Positions 17,549 to 27,512 of a stretch of 64,000 nt of DNA are shown here, in pieces. The notes under the pieces are model-generated. The model saw nothing but the letters and a program-made list of their open reading frames with translations. It was not told where the DNA came from and did not search any database. Positions within the stretch are counted from its first letter, which is position 1, and the number at the start of each line of letters is the position of its first letter. Both the position numbers and the translations under genes were made by a program. The DNA lies in the NCBI GenBank assembly GCA_964446625.1, contig CAYUPH010000002.1, forward strand, positions 5,743 to 69,742. Reading direction: 5' to 3'. Source of the DNA: an uncultured Candidatus Saccharibacteria bacterium (GTDB lineage Bacteria > Patescibacteriota > Minisyncoccia > Phycocordibacterales > CAIRYW01).

Positions 17549-17950
17549 TGCTTTATATAGAGTGTCTCTTGTTTCTTCGAAAGTAAAAAGCGAGAGAGCT
17601 TCTTCACTTGTCACCCAACGCATTTCATCTATGTCATCAAAAGGTTCCCCCACCTTTTCTTCGGTCTCTATTTTACCAATAAAGAATTTGTTTATTTTTT
17701 GCGCTTTTTCTCCTTCTCGAGTAGTAAAGACATACGTCTCCTCAACTAAAGGTCCCTCAATCTTTTCTGGCGATCTGATTCCCGTTTCTTCCTCAAATTC
17801 TCTTCGCGCTGTCTGCTCTTCACTTTCCCCTTCTTCTGGTGTTCCTTTTGGAAATCCCCAATGATTGCCTGACTTATTTTTTACGATCAAAAAAGTTCTT
17901 CCGCTTTCATCTTCTTTATATACAATGATCCCAAATGATGTGTGTACCAT
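17531..17950 (-). CDS. Nudix hydrolase, Ap4A hydrolase-like
   Basis: SFGII, HWGFPKGTPEEGESEEQTARREFEEETGI. Confidence 0.9.
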   Translation of the reverse strand: MVHTSFGIIVYKEDESGRTFLIVKNKSGNHWGFPKGTPEEGESEEQTARREFEEETGIRSPEKIEGPLVEETYVFTTREGEKAQKINKFFIGKIETEEKVGEPFDDIDEMRWVTSEEALSLFTFEETRDTLYKAQKILG

Positions 17951-17959
17951 ATTTTTAAA

Positions 17960-18622
17960 TTAAGAAATAATTTTTCCGTCATCGAGTCGAACTACCCGAT
18001 CAGCAATTTTTCCATACTCCTCCTCGTGTGTGACCATTACTATCGTTTGACCTTCCTTATGAAGCTCTTTGAAGATACTTATTACAGTCTCAGAAGACGT
18101 ACGATCAAGGTTTGCTGTCGGTTCGTCTGCAAAAAGGATTTTTGGTGAATGTGCAATCGCTCTTGAGATTGATACTCGTTGTTGCTCTCCTCCTGAAAGC
18201 TGACTAGGTAAGTTGTCTAGCCTATGCCCAAGGTTAACTCGCTCAAGCGAACGCTTTGCCTCTGCATACGCATGCTCTTTATCCTTTCCTTGCATGAGGA
18301 GCGGAAGCGCCACGTTTTCAAGCGCTGTGAGGTCTGGCAAGAGTGCGTAGTCCTGAAACACATAACCTAGAGTATTTAACCTAAAAGATGTTTTTTGATC
18401 AGCGCTCATTGTGTGAGTATTTTTTCCGTCTATAACGATTTCACCCGAGGTTGGTTCGTCGAGAAGAGACACTTGATACATAAAAGTAGATTTTCCTGCT
18501 CCACTTCTTCCCATAATAGCAATAAACTCGCCTTCCTTTGCAGTAAAATCCACACCTTTTAGTACGCGTGTTTCTTTGTCTCCATCAACAAATGTTTTTA
18601 CTAAGTTTTTTACTTCAATCAT
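17960..18622 (-). CDS. ABC transporter ATPase (MacB/LolD-like)
   Basis: GRSGAGKS, LSGGEQQRV, FADEPTANLD, VTHE. Confidence 0.96.
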   Translation of the reverse strand: MIEVKNLVKTFVDGDKETRVLKGVDFTAKEGEFIAIMGRSGAGKSTFMYQVSLLDEPTSGEIVIDGKNTHTMSADQKTSFRLNTLGYVFQDYALLPDLTALENVALPLLMQGKDKEHAYAEAKRSLERVNLGHRLDNLPSQLSGGEQQRVSISRAIAHSPKILFADEPTANLDRTSSETVISIFKELHKEGQTIVMVTHEEEYGKIADRVVRLDDGKIIS

Positions 18623-18631
18623 ATTTTTATA

Positions 18632-19876
18632 TTATCTTCCAAGAATTGCGTCGAGAGTGTTTCTTCGCACAATCATACGCGCCGGTATGTACCCTGCAAG
18701 AAGTGTCGCGAGCATGAGAAGCCCAACTCGAATCATTGTTCCACCAAGTGGGGCTACTAGAATTCCATCAGAAAACGGAAAGTTTAGGGGGTGTGCATCA
18801 AAGAAAGGAACAAGAAGTCCGTAAACAATTATTATTCCAATCCCTGAACCGCAAAGAGCATAGAAAATCGACTGAAAGATATATGACACCTCAATCACTT
18901 TTCCATTGATTCCGATTCCTTTCATAATACCAATATATTTTCGTCTGGTGATTGCGTTAATAAAGATCACAATAAAAATTGTAATCGACGCCACTGCAAG
19001 CCCGATGGAACCGATAGCATTTCCAAGAATTGCAAAAGTCGCTTTAATGTCTTTTAGGAATTTAGGCTGAGCATCTTCAAATGTTTGAAGTCTTGCATAC
19101 CTACTGAGGCCAGTTCTTTGGAGAGCTTCTTTAAATGCGGTTGGGTCGGTTCCTGGTTTTAGTCTAATCGCAATATCATCAACATTTTGATCATCACGGC
19201 CAATAAGTGCACGCATTTGCTTGTCGACAATAAACATTTTCGCAGATACTTCATCAACTTTGCTTTTCAAAATTCCCTTTACTGTAAATTCTCGTGTTAT
19301 ATCTCCTACGGTAATCCGAATTTTTGAGCCAATAGGCACTCCTGTGAGCGCAGTAAATCCTGGCGCCTCGATTGGTGTATATCGCTTAAGGAAAAAAGAT
19401 CCTACAAGAATCTTGTCATAATCCTCCGGCGCAAGGTATTCACCTTCGATAATAAAGTCTGAAATATCTGTAAGGTTATCCTCGGCAACTGGGTCGATTC
19501 CTGCAAGAGTGACACCTGTTGATTCCTCGTCAGTATCTTTGAGTTTTGTTTTGTAATTTGCTTCTGCGCTCGCCCCTGCAATGTACCGCGCTGCATATGC
19601 GTCTACCTCTGGCATATTTTTGAGAGTCTCTATGATCTCATTACTTTTTTCAATATATTCTTTTTTATCCAGTTTAGAGATAATAAAGTCTCCTGTATAG
19701 TAGTGTTTCTGCGCTTCTACCGACCCTTCGATAAGTCCAACCAAAATTCCAGCAACTACAACGAGGTTAAGGAAAGTCAAAACCATGACCCCAATAATAA
19801 GGAAAGTTGTCCATTTACTTGCTCTCCTTATTTGTCTGAAAGCAAGAAACCACCCTATTTTTATAGTCTGGAGCAT
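18632..19876 (-). CDS. ABC permease, FtsX/MacB family
   Basis: N-terminal TM, large external domain, RRKYIGIMKGIG, C-terminal TMs with YIPAR. Confidence 0.9.
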   Translation of the reverse strand: MLQTIKIGWFLAFRQIRRASKWTTFLIIGVMVLTFLNLVVVAGILVGLIEGSVEAQKHYYTGDFIISKLDKKEYIEKSNEIIETLKNMPEVDAYAARYIAGASAEANYKTKLKDTDEESTGVTLAGIDPVAEDNLTDISDFIIEGEYLAPEDYDKILVGSFFLKRYTPIEAPGFTALTGVPIGSKIRITVGDITREFTVKGILKSKVDEVSAKMFIVDKQMRALIGRDDQNVDDIAIRLKPGTDPTAFKEALQRTGLSRYARLQTFEDAQPKFLKDIKATFAILGNAIGSIGLAVASITIFIVIFINAITRRKYIGIMKGIGINGKVIEVSYIFQSIFYALCGSGIGIIIVYGLLVPFFDAHPLNFPFSDGILVAPLGGTMIRVGLLMLATLLAGYIPARMIVRRNTLDAILGR

Positions 19877-21346
19877 TTATTTAGAAACGGGAGTAATTAG
19901 AATTTTTGATCCCGTAGAAAGTCCTTCTGTTACTTCTACATTTCCTTTTCCATCAGTTCGTCCTGTTTTAATCTGAGTCTTTACAATTTCTTTACCTTTT
20001 TTTACAGATACATAAGATACACCTCCTTCTTTTAGAACACTTCTCTCGGGAATAACAATTAGTCCTGGGACAGATTCGGTCAGGATAGCAACACTTGAAG
20101 TCATACCAGAACGAACCCTTGGATCAAGAGTATCAAATGTCAAAACTACCTTGTAATTTGATACTCCGTCCTTTTCTGTTTCGGCAGGATCGATATAAGT
20201 AATCTTTGCACTTAGTTCTTCGTCCGGATACGCGTCGAGAGTTACTTTTGCTGTGTTTCCCACGGCAATTCCTGGAAGACTTACTTCTGGAATATACACT
20301 TCTACTTCAAACCCTTCACTTATCATTGCAGACACTTTGTCATGTGCAGAAATGCTTGCTCCCACTTTTGCGTCCTGAATAGACACAACACCTGAAAAAG
20401 GAGCAACGATAACAGTCTTTGCGATTTCTGCATTCAATTTTTTCACTTTTGCTTCTGCAGCTTTCACTTTTGCTTCTTGAACTGGAATATCTGAAAAAGA
20501 TGCCCGAAGTGAATCTTGTGCAGTGGTTATATTTGACAACGACTCAGCGATATTGTTCCGCGCAGTGTACAGATCAGACTTATATTTATCTATTGTCTCT
20601 TGTGACAAAATTGCTGATTCTTCAAATGTATTTACCGCAAATGAAAGATTGTAGAGGAAAGTTTTTATTGTATTTAAAGAAGCGCGAGAAAGCTCTAGTT
20701 CACTTGCCGAAAAGTTATCGGTACTCAATTTTGTTACCTTCGCTTCCCATGTATCAAGGGCTTTTTCAACTTTTTTTCGTTCATCATTGATTGGGCCTTT
20801 CCGATCGAAATAGTCATCAAAAGTATATTTGATTTGTGGCGCATCTTCTGGATTATCGAAGTATTGGTCAACTTTGTTACGAACTGCGTCATCTGCTTTT
20901 GTGAAGGCTTCTGAAATTGCATCGACTGCTTTTCGTTTATTGATTTCTGTCTCTGTATCATTTGAACCCTGAGCAGTAAGTTTTGCGAGCTCTGCGCGTG
21001 CAGCAAGCAGGTCAGCACTTGCACTGTCTCTTTCTGCCTGAAGATCAGAAGAGTTTAGTACCGCAATCACTTCACCACTTCGAACCTTGTCTCCCGCTTT
21101 TTTGTAAACTCCCGCAACAGTTCCTGAAGACTCAAACGAGAGGTCAACAGTCTGTGTCGACACAACCTTTCCAGAAACTGATACAACCTTTTCAAAAGTT
21201 GTACTTTTAACCTCAAATTCATCACTTCCTGACCCCTTCCCTTTTCCAAGGGCAAAGAACAGTACTAGTAGAATAACCAAAAGAGCGACAATGCTCTTCC
21301 ACTTGTTCGCCTTAATTTTCGTCCAAAATGCTCTTAATTTATTCAT
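19877..21346 (-). CDS. Membrane-fusion (HlyD/MacA-like) adaptor
   Basis: VSGKV..LSFESSGTV, long helical hairpin, IVAPFSGVV, GMTSSV, VEVTEGL. Confidence 0.9.
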   Translation of the reverse strand: MNKLRAFWTKIKANKWKSIVALLVILLVLFFALGKGKGSGSDEFEVKSTTFEKVVSVSGKVVSTQTVDLSFESSGTVAGVYKKAGDKVRSGEVIAVLNSSDLQAERDSASADLLAARAELAKLTAQGSNDTETEINKRKAVDAISEAFTKADDAVRNKVDQYFDNPEDAPQIKYTFDDYFDRKGPINDERKKVEKALDTWEAKVTKLSTDNFSASELELSRASLNTIKTFLYNLSFAVNTFEESAILSQETIDKYKSDLYTARNNIAESLSNITTAQDSLRASFSDIPVQEAKVKAAEAKVKKLNAEIAKTVIVAPFSGVVSIQDAKVGASISAHDKVSAMISEGFEVEVYIPEVSLPGIAVGNTAKVTLDAYPDEELSAKITYIDPAETEKDGVSNYKVVLTFDTLDPRVRSGMTSSVAILTESVPGLIVIPERSVLKEGGVSYVSVKKGKEIVKTQIKTGRTDGKGNVEVTEGLSTGSKILITPVSK

Positions 21347-21507
21347 ATTTTTTGTTTTTATTATCTAAAAATTATACACTAAAATGGCCTCTAAGTCACT
21401 TAGACACCTTTTTTTTTGACTACTGTCTTTTTTTGTATCTCTGTGCTACAATGCCTTTGATTCGGCAATACGCCGTTTTTTGTTTATATACTCAAAAATA
21501 CAAGATT

Positions 21508-23292
21508 ATGGAAATTAGAAATATTGCAATTATCGCCCACGTAGACCACGGAAAGACTACTCTTACCGATGCTCTTATGAAACAAAACGGCATGGTGACA
21601 GAAGGTGTGTCTATGGACTCTAATAAACTCGAGCAAGAGCGAGGAATTACCATCTATGCCAAGAACGCTTCCCTAAACTATAAAGGGACAAAGATTAACA
21701 TTGTGGACACACCAGGGCACGCGGACTTTGGTAGTGAAGTAGAGCGAGTACTTCGATCAATCGACTGTGTACTCCTTGTCGTTGACGCACAAGAGGGTCC
21801 AATGCCTCAGACACGATTTGTACTTAAGAAGTCTCTCGAGCTTGGACTTCGACCAATTGTTATCATCAACAAAATCGACAAGCCCGCAGCAGATCCAAAA
21901 AGAGTTCACGACGAAGTCTTTGAGCTTTTCTTTGAGCTTGGCGCAAATGACGAACAACTAAACTTTCCAACAGTCTACGCAGTAGGACGAAATGGAACTT
22001 CAAAACTAGATCTCGCCGACGATGATAAGAACCTTGATCCAATTCTCGATACAATTCTAAGTCACGTAACACCTGCCTCAGGACATGACGATGAAGAACT
22101 AGCAGCTCAGCCTTTTAACCTAGCATACGACAACTTCTTAGGGCGTCTCGCTGTTGCGCGAATCTATAAAGGAACAATTAACGACGGCCAAGAAGTCTTT
22201 CTAAAAAAACAAGACGGAACTTCAAAGAAATACCGACTTACAAAACTTTACACTTTTGAAGGAATTCAGAAGAAAGAAGCTAAAACTGCTACGAGCGGAG
22301 ACATTGTCATGATTGCTGGTATTCCAGACGTGTTTATTGGAGACACAATCTGTAAAGACGAAGGAACACCCCTTCTTCCCGCAATTACAATTGATGAGCC
22401 AACAATCTCGCTCGACTTCCTTGTAAACGACTCTCCGTTTGCCGGAAAGGTTGGAAAATTTGTTACTTCAAGACAGATTCGAGACAGACTAGAAAAAGAG
22501 CTCGAAGTAAACGTAGGACTCAAAGTTGATTTTGGACAAAATGAAAAGTTCAAAGTGTACGGACGAGGTGAACTCCATGTTGCGGTTCTCCTTGAAACAA
22601 TGCGCCGAGAAGGTTTTGAAGTTCAAGTATCAAAACCAGAAGTAATTTTCCGAGAAGAAAATGGAGCAAAACTCGAGCCTTACGAAGAGGCAACAATCGA
22701 CACACCTCAAGACTTTTCTGGAGTTATTATTGAAAAACTTGGAAAGAGACGAGGAATCATGACAAACATGAAGCAAGAGCAAAACCAAGTTCGTCTCACA
22801 TTTGAAATTCCAACACGAGGACTCTTGGGTTACCGAAACGAATTTACAATCGATACAAAGGGCGAAGGAATTCTCTCTTCACGATTTATAGGATTTAGAC
22901 CACACGCAGGAACAATCGAGAGACGAGAAACAGGTTCTATGATCTCTATGGAAGCAGGAAAAACTCTTGCGTTTGCACTCGACAACCTACAGCAACGCGG
23001 AACTCTCTATATTGGTGCTGGAACCGAGGTGTACATTGGACAAGTAATTGGAAATACTTCTAAAGGTGAAGATATGGAGGTAAACCCAACAAAAGGAAAA
23101 CAACTCACAAACATGCGTGCATCCGGCTCTGACGGAACAACTTACCTTACACCTCCCTTTGAAATCGATATTGAAAAAGGACTCGAAATGATTCAGGATG
23201 ATGAGTACCTCGAAATCACACCAACAGATACACGAATTCGAAAAAAATTCCTCACAAAAACAGAACGAGATAAGAATCGAAAAAAAGAGTAG
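21508..23292 (+). CDS. typA: Translational GTPase TypA/BipA
   Basis: [46 protein letters not shown]; ATG at 21508. Confidence 0.97.
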   Translation: MEIRNIAIIAHVDHGKTTLTDALMKQNGMVTEGVSMDSNKLEQERGITIYAKNASLNYKGTKINIVDTPGHADFGSEVERVLRSIDCVLLVVDAQEGPMPQTRFVLKKSLELGLRPIVIINKIDKPAADPKRVHDEVFELFFELGANDEQLNFPTVYAVGRNGTSKLDLADDDKNLDPILDTILSHVTPASGHDDEELAAQPFNLAYDNFLGRLAVARIYKGTINDGQEVFLKKQDGTSKKYRLTKLYTFEGIQKKEAKTATSGDIVMIAGIPDVFIGDTICKDEGTPLLPAITIDEPTISLDFLVNDSPFAGKVGKFVTSRQIRDRLEKELEVNVGLKVDFGQNEKFKVYGRGELHVAVLLETMRREGFEVQVSKPEVIFREENGAKLEPYEEATIDTPQDFSGVIIEKLGKRRGIMTNMKQEQNQVRLTFEIPTRGLLGYRNEFTIDTKGEGILSSRFIGFRPHAGTIERRETGSMISMEAGKTLAFALDNLQQRGTLYIGAGTEVYIGQVIGNTSKGEDMEVNPTKGKQLTNMRASGSDGTTYLTPPFEIDIEKGLEMIQDDEYLEITPTDTRIRKKFLTKTERDKNRKKE

Positions 23293-23311
23293 GCAAACCT
23301 ACTCTTTTTTT
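23281..23311 (+). terminator. Terminator overlapping the typA stop
   Basis: AAAAAAGAGTAGG-CAAA-CCTACTCTTTTTT. Confidence 0.8.
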
Positions 23312-23361
23312 ATGCACGTGACTTTTGGGTGGAAAGGTGTAGTCTAATGTTTAGGAGACAA

Positions 23362-23712
23362 ATGAAACCACACATTATTTTAGACATCACCATCTTTTGG
23401 GGAAGCAAAAAATGTGCTCGGCAGACATTTTGTTGCAGAACACAATTCCCAACCAGGAGACAACAAATTGAAGAAATACTAGGAAACGGGTCTCCCGATC
23501 TTATACTAAATGGTTGTCCCTATGTTTTGCGATGGCAAAAGACAGAACCCTTTTTTGCATTCGCCGGACAAACCATAATTCCCTGGGCACTTGAAATGAC
23601 TTACCACTTCTCTTTTAGCAAAAGAATGAGTGGTGCACAGGTAAAGGAAAATGTTGATCATCTCTTTGGTGAAGCCCGTCTTATTCGCAGCATCCACTCT
23701 GAAACAGAGTGA
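23362..23712 (+). CDS. Orphan hypothetical protein
   Basis: AGGAGA before ATG 23362; terminator 23689-23721 overlaps the stop. Confidence 0.55.
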   Translation: MKPHIILDITIFWGSKKCARQTFCCRTQFPTRRQQIEEILGNGSPDLILNGCPYVLRWQKTEPFFAFAGQTIIPWALEMTYHFSFSKRMSGAQVKENVDHLFGEARLIRSIHSETE

Positions 23713-23719
23713 TGCTTTT

Positions 23720-23905
23720 TTATTTCACTTTTTGTATAAGAGAAAGGAGTGTTTTTTCTAGTCCTGACACAAGCGCTTTTGATTCCGTTTTTGCTTTCTT
23801 TACTTTTTCTTTGAGAGCAACAATATCAGCTTCAGTTTCCTCCAAAAGTTTTTGAATTTTTAGAATCTCTTCGTCCTCTTCTTTATGTACTTTTTTGACT
23901 CTCAT
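23720..23905 (-). CDS. Small coiled-coil protein
   Basis: 61 aa, K/E-rich heptads; 3 bp after the upstream gene. Confidence 0.65.
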   Translation of the reverse strand: MRVKKVHKEEDEEILKIQKLLEETEADIVALKEKVKKAKTESKALVSGLEKTLLSLIQKVK

Positions 23906-23908
23906 TTT

Positions 23909-25141
23909 TTAGTTAAACCAATTACCAAATAAACTGCTAAAGAAACCTTTTTTCTTTTTTCTTTTTAAAGCTTCTTTAACTGCCCCGTTTCCTCCTCCGT
24001 ACCCACCTCCACCATATTTGTGAACCTGTCTCGTCACGCCCCCGCCTTGATATTTACCCTCTGCCTGCGCTACAGTAGAAGAAGTGCTTTGAGAAGAACC
24101 CTCTGTAACTTCCTCAACTTGTGTAATCAATGTCTCACCAAGTCCCATTTTTTCTGTTACAGACTCTATCACCCTCATTCTCTCAGCAATTTTATGACTA
24201 TAATCTCTTGCAGTATCAAGATTCTTCTGATTAGCTTTAATATCTTTTTCAATAGCCACAAGACCTTCTCTTAGCTCCCTACTTTTTTCCTCTAACCTCA
24301 ATATTAGTGCATTTGCAGTGCCGTCTTTTCTTTCAGACTTAGTTCTTTCAATTAGAGACTGGATGCTATTAATCTTATTAGAAATTCCAACATATTCTGC
24401 CCTTAGTCTCTCCAGCTCCCCTTCCAATCCCTTTAGTTTTGCCTCATTTTCCTCTAAATTTGCCTCATTAGCAATTTTTTCCATAAATTCAACTCCAATT
24501 CTTTCTAAAATCACACCTCTCACATTCTCTCCTCCATTTTGCATTTCCTCTAAAATCTGCTTTTCTATCTCAATATTCCTTTGTAACTGAGACAATTCAC
24601 CCTGCGCCTTTTCTAATTGATCTATTTTCTGGTTATAGATCTCTGCATCGCTTCCATATTGGGCCTCAAGTAGACTGACCACATCAACATTATTAGGATT
24701 CTGTATATCATTCTCTAGTATCTCTAGTCTACGACGCATTATATTTAATTCATTTTGAAGCTCCGCCACTTCAACTGTTTTTTTTGCTCTATCTACTTCC
24801 AAAAGTCGTACTTCCTCTTTTTTACTAAAAATACTTTCTTTCGATTTATTAAACGCTTTTACTTGTACATCTTCTCTTAGCTGACTTTCCACATCTCTTC
24901 CCTCAAAAAAAGCTTTAGCTTTTTTGCCACCAAAAAACTCAACAATCCTCCTTGCAGGACTTACTCTTTTTTCTTTCTTAGGATCACCTGATTTTTCTTG
25001 AGACTCTACAAACTCTTCATTAGGAGCAGTGTTTCCCTCTATATCTTCGTGGTTTCCACCATCCAATAACTCATCAGGCTCAGTTTCACCTCCACTTGCC
25101 TCAGCGCCTCCTCCTAAAACTATTCTATTTTCATCAAGCAT
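23909..25141 (-). CDS. Long coiled-coil protein with basic/amphipathic C-terminus
   Basis: About 250 aa of heptads; ends KKKKGFFSSLFGNWFN; ATG 25141 is 6 nt after TGgTATAAT. Confidence 0.8.
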   Translation of the reverse strand: MLDENRIVLGGGAEASGGETEPDELLDGGNHEDIEGNTAPNEEFVESQEKSGDPKKEKRVSPARRIVEFFGGKKAKAFFEGRDVESQLREDVQVKAFNKSKESIFSKKEEVRLLEVDRAKKTVEVAELQNELNIMRRRLEILENDIQNPNNVDVVSLLEAQYGSDAEIYNQKIDQLEKAQGELSQLQRNIEIEKQILEEMQNGGENVRGVILERIGVEFMEKIANEANLEENEAKLKGLEGELERLRAEYVGISNKINSIQSLIERTKSERKDGTANALILRLEEKSRELREGLVAIEKDIKANQKNLDTARDYSHKIAERMRVIESVTEKMGLGETLITQVEEVTEGSSQSTSSTVAQAEGKYQGGGVTRQVHKYGGGGYGGGNGAVKEALKRKKKKGFFSSLFGNWFN

Positions 25142-25163
25142 GTACGAATTATACCACAGTGAC

Positions 25164-25928
25164 CTAAAGCGAGATTTCCCCAACCCTTGTTCTCTTTATA
25201 GACAAAGCAAGTGCAGGCAAACTAAGCTCTTTTCCCACTCTCTCAGCAAGACTACGCATATAAACTCCACTACTTGCAGACACTTTTATTTTCAAAACAG
25301 GAAGACTTTTCTCTAAAAGACTACTCTCTTTTAAACTCCTCCAACTCTGGAGGGCTTCGCTTTGTCTAAAGTCACCTTTCACTTTTTGGATTTTCTCTTC
25401 TATATTTTCTAAAAGACTACGCAGGGTAACTTCATTTCTTTCTAAAATCTCAATAGAATAAATTTCTACTTCTTTGGTAGGCATTTCTTCTGGTTCTTCC
25501 CCACTTCTTGCATAAGAAAAGAGAGGTTTACCACCAACGGTTTTTGAAGAATACATGGGGTATGTTTGAGTAAATTTGCCCGAGCATTTTTTTAACACTT
25601 CTTTTATAATTTCCTCGTTTTCTCCAATATTTTTTTTCTCTAAATTTACTTCATTTATGATTCCAAGAATATCTCCTGTGTCCGTAGAAACACCAAAAAG
25701 AATTTGAACCTCATACTCTTTGCTCAGCGCAAAGTACTTTTCTCTGTTTTTACATTCTTCACCTACGAGCAGGAGAAGGAGCCCCTCAGCCATCGGATCA
25801 AGGCGCCCAGCGTAGGTCATGGCTACCTCCGGGGCAATATTATGTAAAATCCGCGCTTTCCTCAGCGCCTCAAGAGGGGTTTCGCCTACGTTTTTGTATA
25901 TCGTTATATAGCTTGGTAAATCAGTCAT
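25164..25928 (-). CDS. truB: tRNA pseudouridine(55) synthase TruB-like
   Basis: YAGRLDPMAEGLL, KEY, TDTGD..G, PMYSS, SSGVYMRSLA. Confidence 0.85.
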   Translation of the reverse strand: MTDLPSYITIYKNVGETPLEALRKARILHNIAPEVAMTYAGRLDPMAEGLLLLLVGEECKNREKYFALSKEYEVQILFGVSTDTGDILGIINEVNLEKKNIGENEEIIKEVLKKCSGKFTQTYPMYSSKTVGGKPLFSYARSGEEPEEMPTKEVEIYSIEILERNEVTLRSLLENIEEKIQKVKGDFRQSEALQSWRSLKESSLLEKSLPVLKIKVSASSGVYMRSLAERVGKELSLPALALSIKRTRVGEISL

Positions 25929-25950
25929 TTGTTGTTAAAATACACTGAAC

Positions 25951-26883
25951 ATGACAGAAAAGCAAAAAAACCTAAGCACAGAGCCTTATAAAGGAGTTCG
26001 AGACTTCTATCCTGAAGACATGGCGGTTCTTAACTATATTTTTGATACTTGGAGAAAAGTCTCAAAAGAGGCAGGATTTGTTGAGTACAGCGCTTCTATC
26101 CTTGAACCAGCAGAGCTTTACAAAGCCAAAGGTGAGAGAAACGAGGAAATTGTGAACGAACAGATGTACACTTTTATCGACAAAGGTGAACGCGAAGTGG
26201 CTCTCCGTCCTGAAATGACACCGACTCTTGCACGAATGGTTGCAGCGAGGAGAAAAGGACTAAAGCTCCCCCTTCGGTGGTTTTCAATTCCAAATTGTTT
26301 TAGATATGAAAGACCTCAAAGAGGAAGAAAACGCGAACACTGGCAACTTAACTGCGACATTGTTGGAGGAGCTGGAATAGAAGCAGAAGTGGAGATTATT
26401 TCTGTTGCATACAAAATAATGAAAGAGTTCGGAGCAAAGGATGAGGATTTTGAAATCAGAATCAATTCAAGAAAAATCATAGAAAATGCATACGGAAAAG
26501 AAATGATTGGTCTTCTTGATAAAAAAGAGAAAATGGAAAAAGAAGAATTCGAGTCAGAGTGGCTAAAGGTAAGCGGAAAACCTTTTTCTCTTCCAAGTCC
26601 AGACGAAGATGTTAAAACTCTTTTATCTAAACTTGAAGAGAAAGGTATAAAGGGAGTATTTTCTCCTACTACAGCTCGTGGCTTTGATTACTACACCGGA
26701 ATGGTTTTTGAAGTCTTTGATACCAACCCAGAGAACAAACGCTCGATTTTTGGAGGAGGTCGCTATGACAACTTACTTGAAATGTTTGGTGTTGAACCAC
26801 TTCCGACTGTTGGCTTTGGTATGGGAGATGTGACAATACGAGACTTTCTTGAAACTCACAAACTGCCACCATTCAATAACTAA
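25951..26883 (+). CDS. hisS: Histidyl-tRNA synthetase, catalytic domain only
   Basis: KGVRDF, ALRPEMTP, FRYERPQRGRKREHWQ, RGFDYYTG, GGGRYD, GFGMG. Confidence 0.88.
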   Translation: MTEKQKNLSTEPYKGVRDFYPEDMAVLNYIFDTWRKVSKEAGFVEYSASILEPAELYKAKGERNEEIVNEQMYTFIDKGEREVALRPEMTPTLARMVAARRKGLKLPLRWFSIPNCFRYERPQRGRKREHWQLNCDIVGGAGIEAEVEIISVAYKIMKEFGAKDEDFEIRINSRKIIENAYGKEMIGLLDKKEKMEKEEFESEWLKVSGKPFSLPSPDEDVKTLLSKLEEKGIKGVFSPTTARGFDYYTGMVFEVFDTNPENKRSIFGGGRYDNLLEMFGVEPLPTVGFGMGDVTIRDFLETHKLPPFNN

Positions 26884-26936
26884 GGTAAGTCTGTTTTATT
26901 TAAAAATCTTAATTCTTAATTCTATAATCTTCCCCT

Positions 26937-27512
26937 ATGCGTAAACTTGTATTCGATATTGAAACCCGAAATATATTTGATGATGTAGGAAAAGCCGACC
27001 CTACTCTACTCGATATTTCTCTTGTTGGTGTATATGACTACGAGACAAACGAATATACAAGTTACCTAGTCGAAGAATTGCCAAAACTTTGGCCAATTAT
27101 CGAGCGAACTGACCTGCTTATTACCTTTAATGGAGATTATTTTGATATTCCTCTTTTAAACAAATACTACGCAGGTGACCTTACAAAAATAAAAAGCCTC
27201 GACCTTCTCGCCGAAGTACGAAAAAGCCTAGGAAGACGAGTGGGGCTCGGAAACATTGCAGAAGCGACGCTTGGCGTTGGAAAAAGTGGAAACGGACTTG
27301 AAGCGGTAGAGTGGTGGAAAAAAGGAGACATTGAAAGCATCCGAAAATACTGTCTTCAAGATGTAAAAGTCACAAAAGATGTGTACGAGTTTGCGCTCAC
27401 AAACGGAAAACTAAAATACAAAGAAGGAGAATCAAAAAAAGAGTTTAAAGTAGACACGGCAAAATGGCACGAAACCGAAGCAGCTCCTCTCACCTTCTCT
27501 CTACCTTTCTAA
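26937..27512 (+). CDS. RNase H-like 3'-5' exonuclease (YprB / RNase_H_2)
   Basis: VFDIET, TFNGDYFDIP, YCLQDV (DEDD-type). Confidence 0.88.
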   Translation: MRKLVFDIETRNIFDDVGKADPTLLDISLVGVYDYETNEYTSYLVEELPKLWPIIERTDLLITFNGDYFDIPLLNKYYAGDLTKIKSLDLLAEVRKSLGRRVGLGNIAEATLGVGKSGNGLEAVEWWKKGDIESIRKYCLQDVKVTKDVYEFALTNGKLKYKEGESKKEFKVDTAKWHETEAAPLTFSLPF

